A stretch of DNA of 64,000 nt from an uncultured Candidatus Saccharibacteria bacterium (GTDB lineage: Bacteria > Patescibacteriota > Saccharimonadia > Saccharimonadales > JAGQNJ01). Shown piece by piece: positions 26,647 to 39,561 of this stretch (position 1 is the stretch's first letter; each line of letters starts with the position of its first letter). Both the position numbers and the translations under genes were made by a program. The stretch spans positions 58,946-122,945 of the forward strand of contig CAYRRR010000001.1 in the NCBI GenBank assembly GCA_964426755.1. Reading direction: 5' to 3'. The notes beneath the pieces are model-generated. The model saw only the letters and a program-made list of their open reading frames with translations, had not been told where the DNA came from and searched no databases.

Positions 26647-27483
26647 ATGCAGACTAAATCAGGTAAGAAATTATTTCCTATTGGTATAGGGACATGGAAC
26701 ATCGGTGGTACTTTTAATCCGAACGACCCGACCTCCAAGTATAAGGGTGCAGAGCCTAGCTATGAAAACGAACAAGAAGAAGTCGAGGCAATCCGATATT
26801 CCATTGAGAAAGGTCAAAATCATATTGATTGTGCTGAGTTATACGGCGCATTCCATACCGATGAAGTTGTCGGTAAGGCTATTGCTGGATTGAATCGTGA
26901 AGATTTGTATATTGCAGATAAACTCTGGAAAACGAGCGTGGGCAATGGTTTAGTGCGGCCTACAGTCGAGAAAATGCTAAAAAAGCTCGGAACAGATTAT
27001 CTAGATATGCTTTATATTCATGCACCTTGGGAAGAAATTGATTGGCATGAAGCTATTCCTCAGATTGATGAGTTGATTGACGAAGGAGTTGTAAAAGACT
27101 TTGGAGTAAGTAACTTTAATGTAGCCGATATGGAGAAAGCTCGAAAGATTGCCAAACACCCAATCGTTGCAAATCAAATGAATTACAATGTGCTATATAA
27201 AGATGAAGTAAACAAAGAATTTAAGATATATTTGATAGAGAACAACATACAGCTTGTTGCTTACCAACCAATAAAGAGACAAGCCGTGTTAGATAACGAA
27301 ACAATTCAAGCAATCGCAGATCTCCATAGTTCCACACCTGCACAGATAGCCCTTGCATGGCTTATCGCACAAAACGCTTTGCCGATACCTAAAGCAGTTA
27401 ATAAAAAGCATATAGATGAAAATGTCGAAGCAGTGGCAATAAAATTGACCGATGAAGAACTAGGAGCGTTAAACCAGCTTTAA
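26647..27483 (+). CDS. aldo/keto reductase
   Basis: 278 aa. AKR blocks GIGTWNIGG, IDCAELYG, LDMLYIHAP, GVSNF and PIPKA. Confidence 0.9.
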   Translation: MQTKSGKKLFPIGIGTWNIGGTFNPNDPTSKYKGAEPSYENEQEEVEAIRYSIEKGQNHIDCAELYGAFHTDEVVGKAIAGLNREDLYIADKLWKTSVGNGLVRPTVEKMLKKLGTDYLDMLYIHAPWEEIDWHEAIPQIDELIDEGVVKDFGVSNFNVADMEKARKIAKHPIVANQMNYNVLYKDEVNKEFKIYLIENNIQLVAYQPIKRQAVLDNETIQAIADLHSSTPAQIALAWLIAQNALPIPKAVNKKHIDENVEAVAIKLTDEELGALNQL

Positions 27484-27605
27484 CAGACTAAATCAGCTTG
27501 TAGATTAAACTGACTTACCAGCTCTTTTAGTTTATAATTGTCTACATTGTCAGGAGAAGCGGTTAGAAATATGTCAGCTATCCGGCACCATGATAAAGTC
27601 GTAAG

Positions 27606-27630
27606 AGACGTCCAAACGGATGTCTTTTTT
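27606..27630 (+). terminator. rho-independent terminator after the aldo/keto reductase gene
   Basis: AGACGTCC-AAAC-GGATGTCT hairpin (one G-U pair) running into a T-run. Confidence 0.7.
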
Positions 27631-27658
27631 AATTCAACTTTAGATTTACATGATAGAC

Positions 27659-27688
27659 TTGACCAATACCCCCAGGGGGTATTAGAAT
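27659..27688 (+). promoter_or_regulatory. promoter of the copper operon with an embedded CsoR-type operator palindrome
   Basis: TTGACC at 27659-27664 and TAGAAT at 27683-27688. The spacer holds the perfect inverted repeat AATACCCCC-A-GGGGGTATT (27665-27683). G/C-tract palindromes of this type are typical CsoR operators. Confidence 0.65.
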
Positions 27689-27694
27689 GAAAGT

Positions 27695-27979
27695 ATGATT
27701 AGTGATATTAAGAAACGAGCATTGCACCGAGCCAAGATTTTAGAAGGTCAAATGCGTGGTATCCAAAAGATGATTGAAAACGAAAATTACTGTATGGACA
27801 TACTCACGCAGAGTCTTGCTATCAAAAAGTCCATCGGTTCATTAAATAAGTTAATACTTGAGAACCACGTGCGAACACACATACAGGAGAATCTTGGTTC
27901 TGGCTCGGCTAAAGATCACGAAAAAGCCGTTGAGGAGCTACTGGCCTTATACGAGCTATCAAATGTAAGAAGTAAGTAA
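27695..27979 (+). CDS. csoR: CsoR/RcnR/FrmR-family metal-sensing transcriptional repressor
   Basis: 94 aa. LHRAKILEGQMRGIQKMIENENYCMDILTQSLAIKKSI is the DUF156 core and includes the Cys of the metal site. Confidence 0.85.
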   Translation: MISDIKKRALHRAKILEGQMRGIQKMIENENYCMDILTQSLAIKKSIGSLNKLILENHVRTHIQENLGSGSAKDHEKAVEELLALYELSNVRSK

Positions 27980-27986
27980 AGGGGGA

Positions 27987-28427
27987 ATGATGAAAAAAGA
28001 AAGCATTATGGTCGGCATTATCGGGTTGCTGGCTGGATTACTAATAGCTGGCTCAGCAGCGGTGCTAGCCGTTAACAACGACAATCACTCAATGATGGGT
28101 ATGATGGGTATGGACGCTAGTCACTCACATCAGCAAGAGGCATCAAATCACGGCGAGATGTCTATGAGCGAAATGACCCAGCAGCTCAAAAACAAAACGG
28201 GTGATGATTTTGACAAGGCATTTATTGAAATGATGATAAGCCATCACGAAGGTGCAGTAGATATGGCAGAGCTCATCCCCTCACGCGCTAAGCATGATGA
28301 AGTTAAGCAACTTGGCGAGGCAATTATTACTGCTCAAACTAAAGAAATTGCTGATATGAAGCAGTGGCAAAATGACTGGGGTTACTCTACTGATGAAATG
28401 ATGGATATGATGCACGGCAGTCACTAA
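27987..28427 (+). CDS. DUF305 family protein (exported, Met/His-rich, copper-resistance associated)
   Basis: 146 aa. N-terminal TM/signal segment. Met/His-rich segment MMGMMGMDASHSH. DUF305 block DFDKAFIEMMISHHEGAVDMA. Confidence 0.85.
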   Translation: MMKKESIMVGIIGLLAGLLIAGSAAVLAVNNDNHSMMGMMGMDASHSHQQEASNHGEMSMSEMTQQLKNKTGDDFDKAFIEMMISHHEGAVDMAELIPSRAKHDEVKQLGEAIITAQTKEIADMKQWQNDWGYSTDEMMDMMHGSH

Positions 28428-28428
28428 A

Positions 28429-30450
28429 ATGGACCACTCACACCACAGCAATCACCAACATTCAGAGCATCAAGAACACGACAAGCATGCTGGACACAGC
28501 CCGAATATGTTCAAGGCTAAATTTTGGTGGAGCTTGCTATTAACGATACCAGTACTTTTGTATTCGGAAACAGTCATGAGCTGGTTGAACTTCCAGATGC
28601 CAGCATTTACAGGAAGTGAGTGGATACCAGCGATTTTAGGTATTGTTATCTATTTCTACGGGGGCATGGTCTTTCTTAGAGGTGCGAAAGCCGAAATTGC
28701 TTCTCGCATACCTGGAATGATGACCCTAATCTCGATGGCAATAACGGTTGCCTTCACTTACAGTCTTGCCGTATCGCTTAATTTGGTAGATGGCATGGAC
28801 TTCTGGTGGGAGCTAGCAACGCTCGTAACGATCATGCTACTTGGTCACTGGCTAGAAATTGCAAGCGTCAGCAATGCACAAGGGGCTCTAAAAGAGTTAG
28901 CAAAGTTACTGCCTGATAAAGCCGAGAAAGTAACATCTGAGGGTACTCAAAGTGTTGCAGTATCTGAGTTAAGAGTGGGTGACAACGTATTGGTTCGTCC
29001 TGGTTCGAGCGTGCCAGTTGATGGAGAAGTTATTAAGGGTGAATCTGATGTAAACGAGTCAATGTTAACGGGTGAATCCAAACCGATGAAGAAGAAGGTC
29101 AAAGACGAGGTAATCGCAGGCACGATTAACGGCAGCGGTGCTTTGACGATAAAAGTTACAAAAACAGGCGATGATACCGCGTTAGCAGGAGTCATGAAGC
29201 TAGTTGCTGACGCGCAAAAAAGTAAATCGAGGACTCAAGTTCTTGCTGACAAAGCAGCCTTCTACCTAACTTTTATTGCAATAGCGGCGGCAATTGCAAC
29301 TATGGTTGGTTGGACATTGTTCAGCAACGAGTCAACTTCATTCGTACTTGAGCGAGTTGTAACAGTATTGATCATTGCCTGTCCTCACGCTCTCGGCTTG
29401 GCGATCCCGCTCGTCACAGCTATATCAACTACTACTGCAGCTAAAAATGGTCTACTGGTGCGCCAACGCATGGCTTTAGAATTAGCGCGAAATATTGATG
29501 TCGTGCTTTTTGACAAAACCGGAACCCTTACCAAAGGAGAACAGGGCGTAGTAGATATTTATGCAGCCGACAATGATAAAAACAAATTACTAGCACTGGC
29601 GGCTGCGGTTGAGTCAGAGTCAGAACACCCAATTGCTAGAGCAATTATGCTCTCGGCAGATGAACGCAATCTCAAAATTAGAAAATCCAATAAGTTTTCT
29701 GCCCTCTCAGGACGAGGGGCAAAAGCAATTGTAGACGGTAGAACCATACATGTTGGAGGGCCTAGACTTCTTGAAGAACTTAAAGCAGATCCAACGCAAG
29801 AATTAGCTATTGCTGCCGATACTGCCGGTAAAGATGGCAAAACTGTCGTCTATGTAATAGAAGACAACAAAATATTAGGTGCAGTCATGCTGGCTGATGC
29901 AATCCGTGAAGAGTCAAAAAATGCGATTTCTCTTCTGCGGTCCTCTGGAATGCAGGTAGCTATGCTTACGGGAGATTCCCAGGAAGTGGCTGCTTGGGTA
30001 GCTAAAGAGTTGGACATTGATGAGTACTTCGCAGAAGTATTGCCCGAAAACAAGGCAGCAGTTGTCAGTAGACTGCAGTCTGACGGTAGCCGTGTGGCGA
30101 TGGTAGGCGATGGGGTGAATGACGCGCCGGCTCTTGCTCAAGCCGATGTTGGCATTGCGATTGGTGCCGGCACAGACGTAGCTATTGAAGCAGCTGGCAT
30201 AATACTTGCAAGTAGTGATCCTCGAGGGGTGGCAAAAATCGTAAAATTATCCAAAGCTACTTACCGTAAGATGGTACAAAATCTTGTTTGGGCAACCGGA
30301 TACAATGTCTTGGCCATTCCCTTGGCAGCGGGAGTGCTGGCAGGCTTTGGTTTTGTGCTATCACCGGCAGCCGGTGCAGTGCTGATGTCTCTCTCGACAA
30401 TTATTGTCGCTGCAAACGCCCAACTGCTGCGGCGACTGCACCTTAATTAG
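28429..30450 (+). CDS. copB: copper-translocating P1B-type ATPase with His-rich N-terminus and CPH motif (CopB-like)
   Basis: 673 aa. N-terminus [26 protein letters not shown] motif ([11 protein letters not shown]). [15 protein letters not shown] and TGES motifs present. Confidence 0.9.
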   Translation: MDHSHHSNHQHSEHQEHDKHAGHSPNMFKAKFWWSLLLTIPVLLYSETVMSWLNFQMPAFTGSEWIPAILGIVIYFYGGMVFLRGAKAEIASRIPGMMTLISMAITVAFTYSLAVSLNLVDGMDFWWELATLVTIMLLGHWLEIASVSNAQGALKELAKLLPDKAEKVTSEGTQSVAVSELRVGDNVLVRPGSSVPVDGEVIKGESDVNESMLTGESKPMKKKVKDEVIAGTINGSGALTIKVTKTGDDTALAGVMKLVADAQKSKSRTQVLADKAAFYLTFIAIAAAIATMVGWTLFSNESTSFVLERVVTVLIIACPHALGLAIPLVTAISTTTAAKNGLLVRQRMALELARNIDVVLFDKTGTLTKGEQGVVDIYAADNDKNKLLALAAAVESESEHPIARAIMLSADERNLKIRKSNKFSALSGRGAKAIVDGRTIHVGGPRLLEELKADPTQELAIAADTAGKDGKTVVYVIEDNKILGAVMLADAIREESKNAISLLRSSGMQVAMLTGDSQEVAAWVAKELDIDEYFAEVLPENKAAVVSRLQSDGSRVAMVGDGVNDAPALAQADVGIAIGAGTDVAIEAAGIILASSDPRGVAKIVKLSKATYRKMVQNLVWATGYNVLAIPLAAGVLAGFGFVLSPAAGAVLMSLSTIIVAANAQLLRRLHLN

Positions 30451-30678
30451 CTATCGGGAATCACACCAAAGTGCTTTTGAGATTAGTCAATGATCTAAGT
30501 TATTTATAGATATTAATATGTGCTGTCGTAGCAGAGTGTTAGAGCATGTTGATATCCGATACTAGACCACAGTCACTTAATTGTTCCAATAGAGCGTTTA
30601 AATAAGTCAGCGTACGTATGGTTATTAATATCTGGTGAAATTGTACTTTAGAACACTTATGGTTGTTATACTTGGATT

Positions 30679-31533
30679 ATGAAAAAAATCTTATCAATAC
30701 TTGTCCTGTCATTTTTTGTTGTTATCACCGTATCGTCGTCTGCCTTTGCTGCAAAGCCAGACAAGGTAGGTAAGCCTAAACCACCGTCTGGAGACAGCAC
30801 AACTGAAATGGTTGGATACGACGTATCTTACCCACAATGCGGCAAGAAGCTACCCACAGATCATTATTTTGGAATAGTGGGAGTTAATGGCGGCAATGCA
30901 GCCACGCCAAACCCTTGTTTGGCCGATCAATTAGTTTGGCAGAGCAAAGCAAAGGATGGCTCGAAGCAATCTAAGTTGCAGCTATATGTAAACACTGCAA
31001 ACCCAGCTCAAGACCCTATGTATAACTGGGAGTCCTGGCCGAAAAGTGGAAGCACCCCTTACGGCTCATGTACGGGCGCAAATGATAAAGCTTGTTCCTG
31101 GCAGTATGGTTGGAACCGCTCCATTTACACCGAAGATGTATTTATAAAAGCTGCTGACGGTAAAGGGCTAAATGCTAACATGAGTGATTATGTTTGGTGG
31201 CTAGATGTAGAAACGATGAACTCATGGCAATCAGGTTCATCAGAGGCATTGGCTCGCAACCAAGCAGCCATTGAGGGTTTTGCGGCTTATTACCAATCAA
31301 AGGATGCTCGGGTTGGTCTATACTCAACGGAATACCAATGGGGCGAGATTGTCGGTAGGACTTTAATTACCGATGGCAACTTGGTTGGCTTGCCTAACTG
31401 GCGACCTAGCGGGGCTAACCTAACAAATGCAATAAATAACTGTAGCGCCGCTGTGCCACTCACTAGTAGTGGTCAGATAGTTCTTACACAGTACGTTAAA
31501 AAGAATCTGGATCACAACCATTCTTGTTTATAA
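30679..31533 (+). CDS. secreted protein, DUF1906 / glycoside-hydrolase-like domain
   Basis: 284 aa. Signal peptide (MKKILSILVLSFFVVITVSSSAFA). The GYDVSYPQCG and FGIVGVNGG blocks resemble the Rv2525c-like GH-like domain. Confidence 0.55.
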   Translation: MKKILSILVLSFFVVITVSSSAFAAKPDKVGKPKPPSGDSTTEMVGYDVSYPQCGKKLPTDHYFGIVGVNGGNAATPNPCLADQLVWQSKAKDGSKQSKLQLYVNTANPAQDPMYNWESWPKSGSTPYGSCTGANDKACSWQYGWNRSIYTEDVFIKAADGKGLNANMSDYVWWLDVETMNSWQSGSSEALARNQAAIEGFAAYYQSKDARVGLYSTEYQWGEIVGRTLITDGNLVGLPNWRPSGANLTNAINNCSAAVPLTSSGQIVLTQYVKKNLDHNHSCL

Positions 31534-31670
31534 ATAATTAGTAATAGTATTTAAATTGCATTTAGTTTTATAATTTTCGATTTATACGTTACGGCCTGTT
31601 TTCTACGCTCTTTAGTTCATTGACAATAGAATTCATTATTGTTACGATTTAATTTCGTGCCAAAAACAAA

Positions 31671-32243
31671 ATGATCGAAAGGAGCTTGGTATTTATGGGT
31701 ATTCTTCCTCGTGAAATTGGTGAAATTCCTGAAGGTTTTGAGAATCATGACGGTTTATATTTACCCTTTCCAGCCGCTGTTGAAGACGATGAACTAAGGG
31801 AGTCTTTGAAGAGGGCTAAACGGTATACACCGCAAGAAGCTGCCCAGTATATAAACAATGGCTATATTCCTCCGGCAGGTAGCGTAATAGAATACCCCTC
31901 TACTGGTGATGATTTAGAAAATGCTGGGGCTTATGACTTAGTTGCTGCAGAGTTCGACAATCGAATCCTAAGAATATATCCCACATCTAAAGAAGCGGTA
32001 GATCCTGCAACTCATGAAGTGAGGGGGCAGGGATTAGTAGTACTATCGTTAACTGTCGAGCGCTTACGGCCAGTCAAGGTGGCGGCACCAGAAAGCATGA
32101 AGTATTGGCTAGGATCACGCGCAATTATACGCAGCAATGTAGTATATGCTAACATTGATTTTGCGGCTCGACGTGATTTTGAGAAAAAAGATATAACTCC
32201 TGACGGAGTCATTATAGCAACTGAAAGACGTAGATATTTTTAG
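31671..32243 (+). CDS. hypothetical protein (190 aa)
   Basis: Long ORF with no family recognised. An AAAGGAG-like sequence overlaps the start region, so the true start may be the internal ATG (MGILPRE). Confidence 0.45.
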   Translation: MIERSLVFMGILPREIGEIPEGFENHDGLYLPFPAAVEDDELRESLKRAKRYTPQEAAQYINNGYIPPAGSVIEYPSTGDDLENAGAYDLVAAEFDNRILRIYPTSKEAVDPATHEVRGQGLVVLSLTVERLRPVKVAAPESMKYWLGSRAIIRSNVVYANIDFAARRDFEKKDITPDGVIIATERRRYF

Positions 32244-32406
32244 GATTATAAAGTAATAATCGAAAGATTTATTATTAAAATAAAGAATAGATATACAACA
32301 AGCCAAATGCTATTCTCTATAGTAAAGCGAATATGAGAAGCACTTGAATATTAGCCAGGTGATACTTTGAAATACATGAGCAAAATTAATAGTAGGACGT
32401 AAGTGC

Positions 32407-32706
32407 ATGAGTGCCACGCAAAAATCATCAAAGAGCGATCTTAAAGCCATAATGTCAGGAACAATTGCATTATTGATAATACCGTTAGTAGCCATGCAGT
32501 TTAATGCGGAAGTAGATTGGGGTTTGAGAGATTTTGTGATTATGGGAATTTTGTTATTTGGTGCTGGTTTTGCGATTGATCAGATTGCACGTAACGCTCG
32601 TAAGCAATATCAAGCACTATATATACTGCTCCTAGTAGCGTTGTTCTTTCTGGTTTGGGCTGAGCTTGCGGTTGGCGTGATTGGATCACCCTTTGCTGGC
32701 AATTAG
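32407..32706 (+). CDS. small membrane protein (99 aa, three TM helices)
   Basis: Hydrophobic helices. No family recognised. Confidence 0.45.
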   Translation: MSATQKSSKSDLKAIMSGTIALLIIPLVAMQFNAEVDWGLRDFVIMGILLFGAGFAIDQIARNARKQYQALYILLLVALFFLVWAELAVGVIGSPFAGN

Positions 32707-32891
32707 GTGCAGAAACGATTGGTTTATATGTTTAGCTAAATTCAGACGTTAGTCTTCTCTCCCAGAAGGGGACCTTACTAAAGTAAGCATCAAACAGCTT
32801 ATCCTCATCCATTTCTATTAGGCTTTCTTCAGCTGCCATATGTGTAAGCTACACTACACATAGCTTTCAGTAAGAAAAAATCGTTACTTCT

Positions 32892-34604
32892 TTACAAACC
32901 GAGTTCTTTACGATGATAGTCTTCGTTTCGATTTTCTATTGCTTTTGCTTGGCGCCATCGTCCATAGAAGTTAACCGCCAGCAGCGCTCCAAAGGCGACA
33001 CCGCCAATTACCACCAAGAAGATCATTATTTTTATGAATGTTGGCATAGATTTCTTTTTACCTAATACAGCAAAGGACGTAGAATTCTCAAGATTAAATG
33101 AGCCTTTGCCGTCAGTAAAATCTCCTTTTACCGATTGCCACTCATGCTGTTCATCCAGGATGTAATACGCAAATTGGCTGTAATTTGTATTTGGTGAGCT
33201 GACCGTAACTTGCAGAGGCTTACTAAAAGTAGCGATTTTATTACCGGAAGCCGTTTTACATATAACTTCATACGGCCCCGATACGGTTACGAAATCCTTT
33301 TGAGAAGGTATTGATACGTCATAATTGCCTTGCAATGAGCATGAGGCATCTTCATCAATTGCATCAGATGGAATAAATACCGAAACCAAACCATCGTCAC
33401 TATTCAGTGTTGTGCCCTCAGCGCTTGTATTAGGCAAAAAGGGTGGCGTTGTAACTTCAGTTGTAGCATATTCTGATTTTTCTCCTCCTTGGTCAACAGC
33501 TCTCAGGCGATAGTAGTAAGTTGTTTCGAACTGTGTGGTCGTATCAGTAAAAGACTCGTTGGTGATTAGGTCTGATCCAAGTACTTGCCAGGTTTCGTTA
33601 TCAGCTGAACGATCAATTTCATAGTTTTGTAATATGCCCGCATAATTTGGTCGATCCCATCTAAGCTGGACCGCTACATCATCTTCAACAGTAGCGCTAA
33701 ATCCCGTAGGAACTGGTGGTGTTGGATTAGGGTCTTGCTGAGGCGGCTGTGCTGGATTTGTTGGTGTAGGTGTTGAGCCGCGTGGACTTGAAGGAGTTGA
33801 AGGCCTGCCTGGCGAGGGGGGTGGAGGCGACGACGGTGGATTGTGTATGTTTACCGTACGAGTTGCACTGCCTGTTCCTGCGCCATTTGAGCACGCTAAA
33901 GTGTACGTTTTTGTGCCAGCTGTAGTTGTATCACCAGACCGATTCTCACTACCTGACGCAGCTTTGCCACCGCTCCAGCTTCCTGATGCTGTACAGTTTG
34001 TAGGATTGTTTGTTGCAGACCATGCTAGAGTCAGCCCGTTGCCGCGGGTTAGATTTAATGTTCCTGTTTGGTTATTGGCGGTTAACGAAACTGCAGGCGG
34101 GTTTGTAACTAGTATTGATCGACCAGTACAAGGGTTTCGCACATAGCCCGTAAACACAATTCCCATACCCCAGTTAAATGAATAATTGCCAGGCTGCGAG
34201 GGTGCTCTAACGGTAATATTAAATGTTGCGATACCACCCGGACCTACATCATTACTTAGGTTGGTTCCTGTGGCATTCCATACTGCTCCTCCGTCTCTAA
34301 ATTCCCATAATGCGATTCCGAACTTGCCGCTGAATGTTGAGCTTCCGGAATTTCTAATACGTATTCGAGCCGTAAAAGTTTCACCTGGCCTTACGATTGT
34401 TTTGCTGGGTGAATTTTCTACACAAGTGGCAGCATGGGGCGGATTAGGGGCATACGTTACTGCTGCTTCGGTGCGCAGTAATAAGATAGTTCCGCCAACA
34501 GCAGCAAACACAACAGTAAACCATAATAAGCGGTGAAATGGCTTAGAAGGTAGTTTTGTCGCCAACTTAATAACTGACTGAAGTTTGTGTTTGACTTTAT
34601 TCAT
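32892..34604 (-). CDS. large cell-surface protein: N-terminal anchor/signal, Ig/CARDB-like domains, Pro-rich linker, fibronectin type III domain, C-terminal TM anchor
   Basis: 570 aa. Linker PPSSPPPPSPGRPSTPSSPRGSTPTPTNPAQPPQQDPNPTPPVP. FN3-like block VQLRWDRP...YYYRLRAVDQGGEKSEY. C-terminal helix IMIFLVVIGGVAFGALLAV followed by a basic tail. Confidence 0.75.
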   Translation of the reverse strand: MNKVKHKLQSVIKLATKLPSKPFHRLLWFTVVFAAVGGTILLLRTEAAVTYAPNPPHAATCVENSPSKTIVRPGETFTARIRIRNSGSSTFSGKFGIALWEFRDGGAVWNATGTNLSNDVGPGGIATFNITVRAPSQPGNYSFNWGMGIVFTGYVRNPCTGRSILVTNPPAVSLTANNQTGTLNLTRGNGLTLAWSATNNPTNCTASGSWSGGKAASGSENRSGDTTTAGTKTYTLACSNGAGTGSATRTVNIHNPPSSPPPPSPGRPSTPSSPRGSTPTPTNPAQPPQQDPNPTPPVPTGFSATVEDDVAVQLRWDRPNYAGILQNYEIDRSADNETWQVLGSDLITNESFTDTTTQFETTYYYRLRAVDQGGEKSEYATTEVTTPPFLPNTSAEGTTLNSDDGLVSVFIPSDAIDEDASCSLQGNYDVSIPSQKDFVTVSGPYEVICKTASGNKIATFSKPLQVTVSSPNTNYSQFAYYILDEQHEWQSVKGDFTDGKGSFNLENSTSFAVLGKKKSMPTFIKIMIFLVVIGGVAFGALLAVNFYGRWRQAKAIENRNEDYHRKELGL

Positions 34605-34744
34605 AGTAGACTTATCTTAATTATAGCGGTTTTATCATTGACTGCTAAATGTATTACTATGATTTTATTGCTTAAATGCTTTGCAAGTATTAAATTTGCT
34701 TACTTTTAGCGTTTTTTTGATAGAATAACAGGGTAAGTATAACT

Positions 34745-34818
34745 GGCGCGGTGGCCGAGGAGTTAGGCAAGGGTCTGCAAAACCCTGTACACGGGTGCGA
34801 ATCCCGTCCGTGCCTCCA
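34745..34818 (+). tRNA. tRNA-Cys (anticodon GCA), CCA encoded
   Basis: Acceptor GGCGCGG/CCGTGCC. Anticodon stem AGGGT/ACCCT with loop CTGCAAA. Discriminator U73 is the Cys identity element. T arm ACGGG-TGCGAAT-CCCGT. Confidence 0.9.
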
Positions 34819-34906
34819 GGGCGAGTGGCGGAACTGGTATACGCGACGGACTTAAAATCCGTTGGTTGAATAAACCTTGAGGGTTCGAGTCCCTCCTCGC
34901 CCACCA
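34819..34906 (+). tRNA. tRNA-Leu (anticodon TAA), type II, CCA encoded
   Basis: Acceptor GGGCGAG/CTCGCCC. Anticodon stem ACGGA/TCCGT with loop CTTAAAA. Long variable arm. T arm GAGGG-TTCGAGT-CCCTC. It starts at the nucleotide right after the tRNA-Cys CCA. Confidence 0.92.
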
Positions 34907-34920
34907 GTTTAGAATTTAAT

Positions 34921-34950
34921 AGCCTCTGTTCAGAAAAGAGGCTTTTTTTC
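34921..34950 (+). terminator. rho-independent terminator after the tRNA-Cys/tRNA-Leu pair
   Basis: AGCCTCT...AGAGGCT hairpin followed by T7. Confidence 0.75.
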
Positions 34951-35006
34951 TGTTTTTATATGCCGTCTGGGTTATAATATATAGCAGTAATAAGGAGGAT
35001 TGTGTA

Positions 35007-35567
35007 ATGTGGATAGCTTTAGTTATAGTGGCTGTCTTGGTTGTGTTGATCATTGTAGTTTATAACGGTTTAATTCGCGCTAAATTACGGGTTGATGAAG
35101 CTTGGAGTGATATTACCGTACAGCTTAAACGACGTAGTGATTTAATCCCTAACATAGTTAATACCGTTAAAGGTTACGCGAAGCATGAGAAGCGAGTTTT
35201 TGAAGATGTAACTAAAGCTCGAACCGCTGTTATGAACGCGGAGGGCGTAAAAGATACTGCAAAAGCCGATAACATGTTTGAAGGTGCCTTAAAAAGTTTA
35301 TTCGCAGTGGCGGAGGCCTATCCAGACCTTAAGGCCAATGAAAACTTTAAGCAGTTGCAAGACGAATTGGTCGACACTGAAGACAAGATTCAGGCAGCAC
35401 GACGCTTTTATAATGGTGCGGTACGCGATTATAACGGCAAGACACAAGTATTTCCAACCAACTTGCTTGCTGGTATCTTCGGCTTCAAAACACGGGACTT
35501 TTACGAAGTTGAAGAAGCTGAGCGTTCAGCTATTCAAAAGCCAACAGACGTTTCATTTGACACATAA
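35007..35567 (+). CDS. lemA: LemA family protein
   Basis: 186 aa. N-terminal TM helix then LemA blocks (YNGLIRAKLRVDEAWSDITVQLKRRSDLIPN, AEAYPDLKANENF, RRFYNGAVRDYN). Confidence 0.9.
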   Translation: MWIALVIVAVLVVLIIVVYNGLIRAKLRVDEAWSDITVQLKRRSDLIPNIVNTVKGYAKHEKRVFEDVTKARTAVMNAEGVKDTAKADNMFEGALKSLFAVAEAYPDLKANENFKQLQDELVDTEDKIQAARRFYNGAVRDYNGKTQVFPTNLLAGIFGFKTRDFYEVEEAERSAIQKPTDVSFDT

Positions 35568-35587
35568 GCAAGGAGGCGAGGCGATAT

Positions 35588-36465
35588 ATGTATAGCCAAA
35601 TCGCATCCAATAAACGTAAAACTGTCCTTATAATGGGTCTGTTTGTATTGCTGGTGGCAAGTCTCGGGTGGTTGTTCGGAGAATATATGGGCAATCAATA
35701 CATTACGGCCTATGTATTAATTGGAGCGCTTATATATGTATTTATAAGCTATTTTACGAGTTCTCGGTTGGCATTATCGGTGAATGGTGCTCAACCAATC
35801 GAAAAGCGTGATAATCCGCGACTGTATCGTATGGTAGAGAATTTAGCAATTACGGAAGGTATGCCTATGCCAAAGGTATATATTATTAATGATCCGGCAC
35901 CCAATGCTTTTGCTACAGGACGTGATCCGAAACATGCTTCGGTTGCTGCCACTACTGGTTTGCTTGATATTATGAATGATCAGGAACTCGAGGGCGTTAT
36001 GGCACACGAACTAGGCCACATTAAAAATTATGATATTCGAGTTTCGATGATTGCCTTCGCAATGGTGGCGGTCGTCGGGTTGCTTTCAGATATTATGTTG
36101 CGAGCTACTTTTTTTCGTGATAGTGATGATGACAGCAGTATGGGGCAGGTGATTGTTATCGTGGGGATCATTGCTGCCATTTTGGCACCTTTTTTAGCGG
36201 CTTTAATTCAGATGGCAATATCAAGAAAAAGAGAGTATTTGGCTGACGCTACAGGTGCATTAACAACACGGTATCCTGACGGGTTAGCCAGCGCGTTGGC
36301 AAAAATTAGAGATCACGGTAGCGCAATAAAGCGCCAAAATTCTTCCACTGCTCATCTTTTTTTTGCAAATCCGCTAAAAAAGGGCAGCTTGGCTAATATG
36401 TTTAGCACTCATCCTCCACTCGATGATCGAATTAAGCGCTTGCAAGAAATGGGGGATAGCGTTTA

Positions 36466-36466
<1 letters not shown>
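35588..36466 (+). CDS. htpX: M48 family zinc metalloprotease HtpX
   Basis: 292 aa. HELGH motif (MAHELGHIKNYD), four TM helices, and a C-terminal STHPPLDDRIKRL block. Confidence 0.9.
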
Positions 36467-39413
<2,947 letters not shown>

Positions 39414-39489
39414 CTTCATATAAGCATTAGTTGTATAACCTAGAGTAATTCGTGCGTCGTTAGAGCGGCGCGTGAAACAAACACTTTTC

Positions 39490-39512
39490 AAAAAACCACC
39501 CGCCGCGGGTGG
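39490..39512 (-). terminator. rho-independent terminator (minus-strand sense), second of two after the cytochrome b5-like gene
   Basis: CCACCCG-CCG-CGGGTGG hairpin with an A6 run on the plus strand, which is T6 after the hairpin on the minus strand. Confidence 0.6.
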
Positions 39513-39527
39513 GCACGCACGAAAACC

Positions 39528-39555
39528 ATAACTCCGGTATGATAACCGGAGTTAT
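39528..39555. terminator. perfect 10-bp hairpin between convergent ligA and the cytochrome b5-like gene (probably bidirectional terminator)
   Basis: ATAACTCCGG-TATGATAA-CCGGAGTTAT, flanked by T-rich sequence on both strands. Confidence 0.6.
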
Positions 39556-39561
39556 TTATAA

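Noticed and set aside
34665-34904. 79-aa minus-strand ORF
   Set aside because: It runs antisense through the tRNA-Cys/tRNA-Leu pair and has no SD, so it is spurious.
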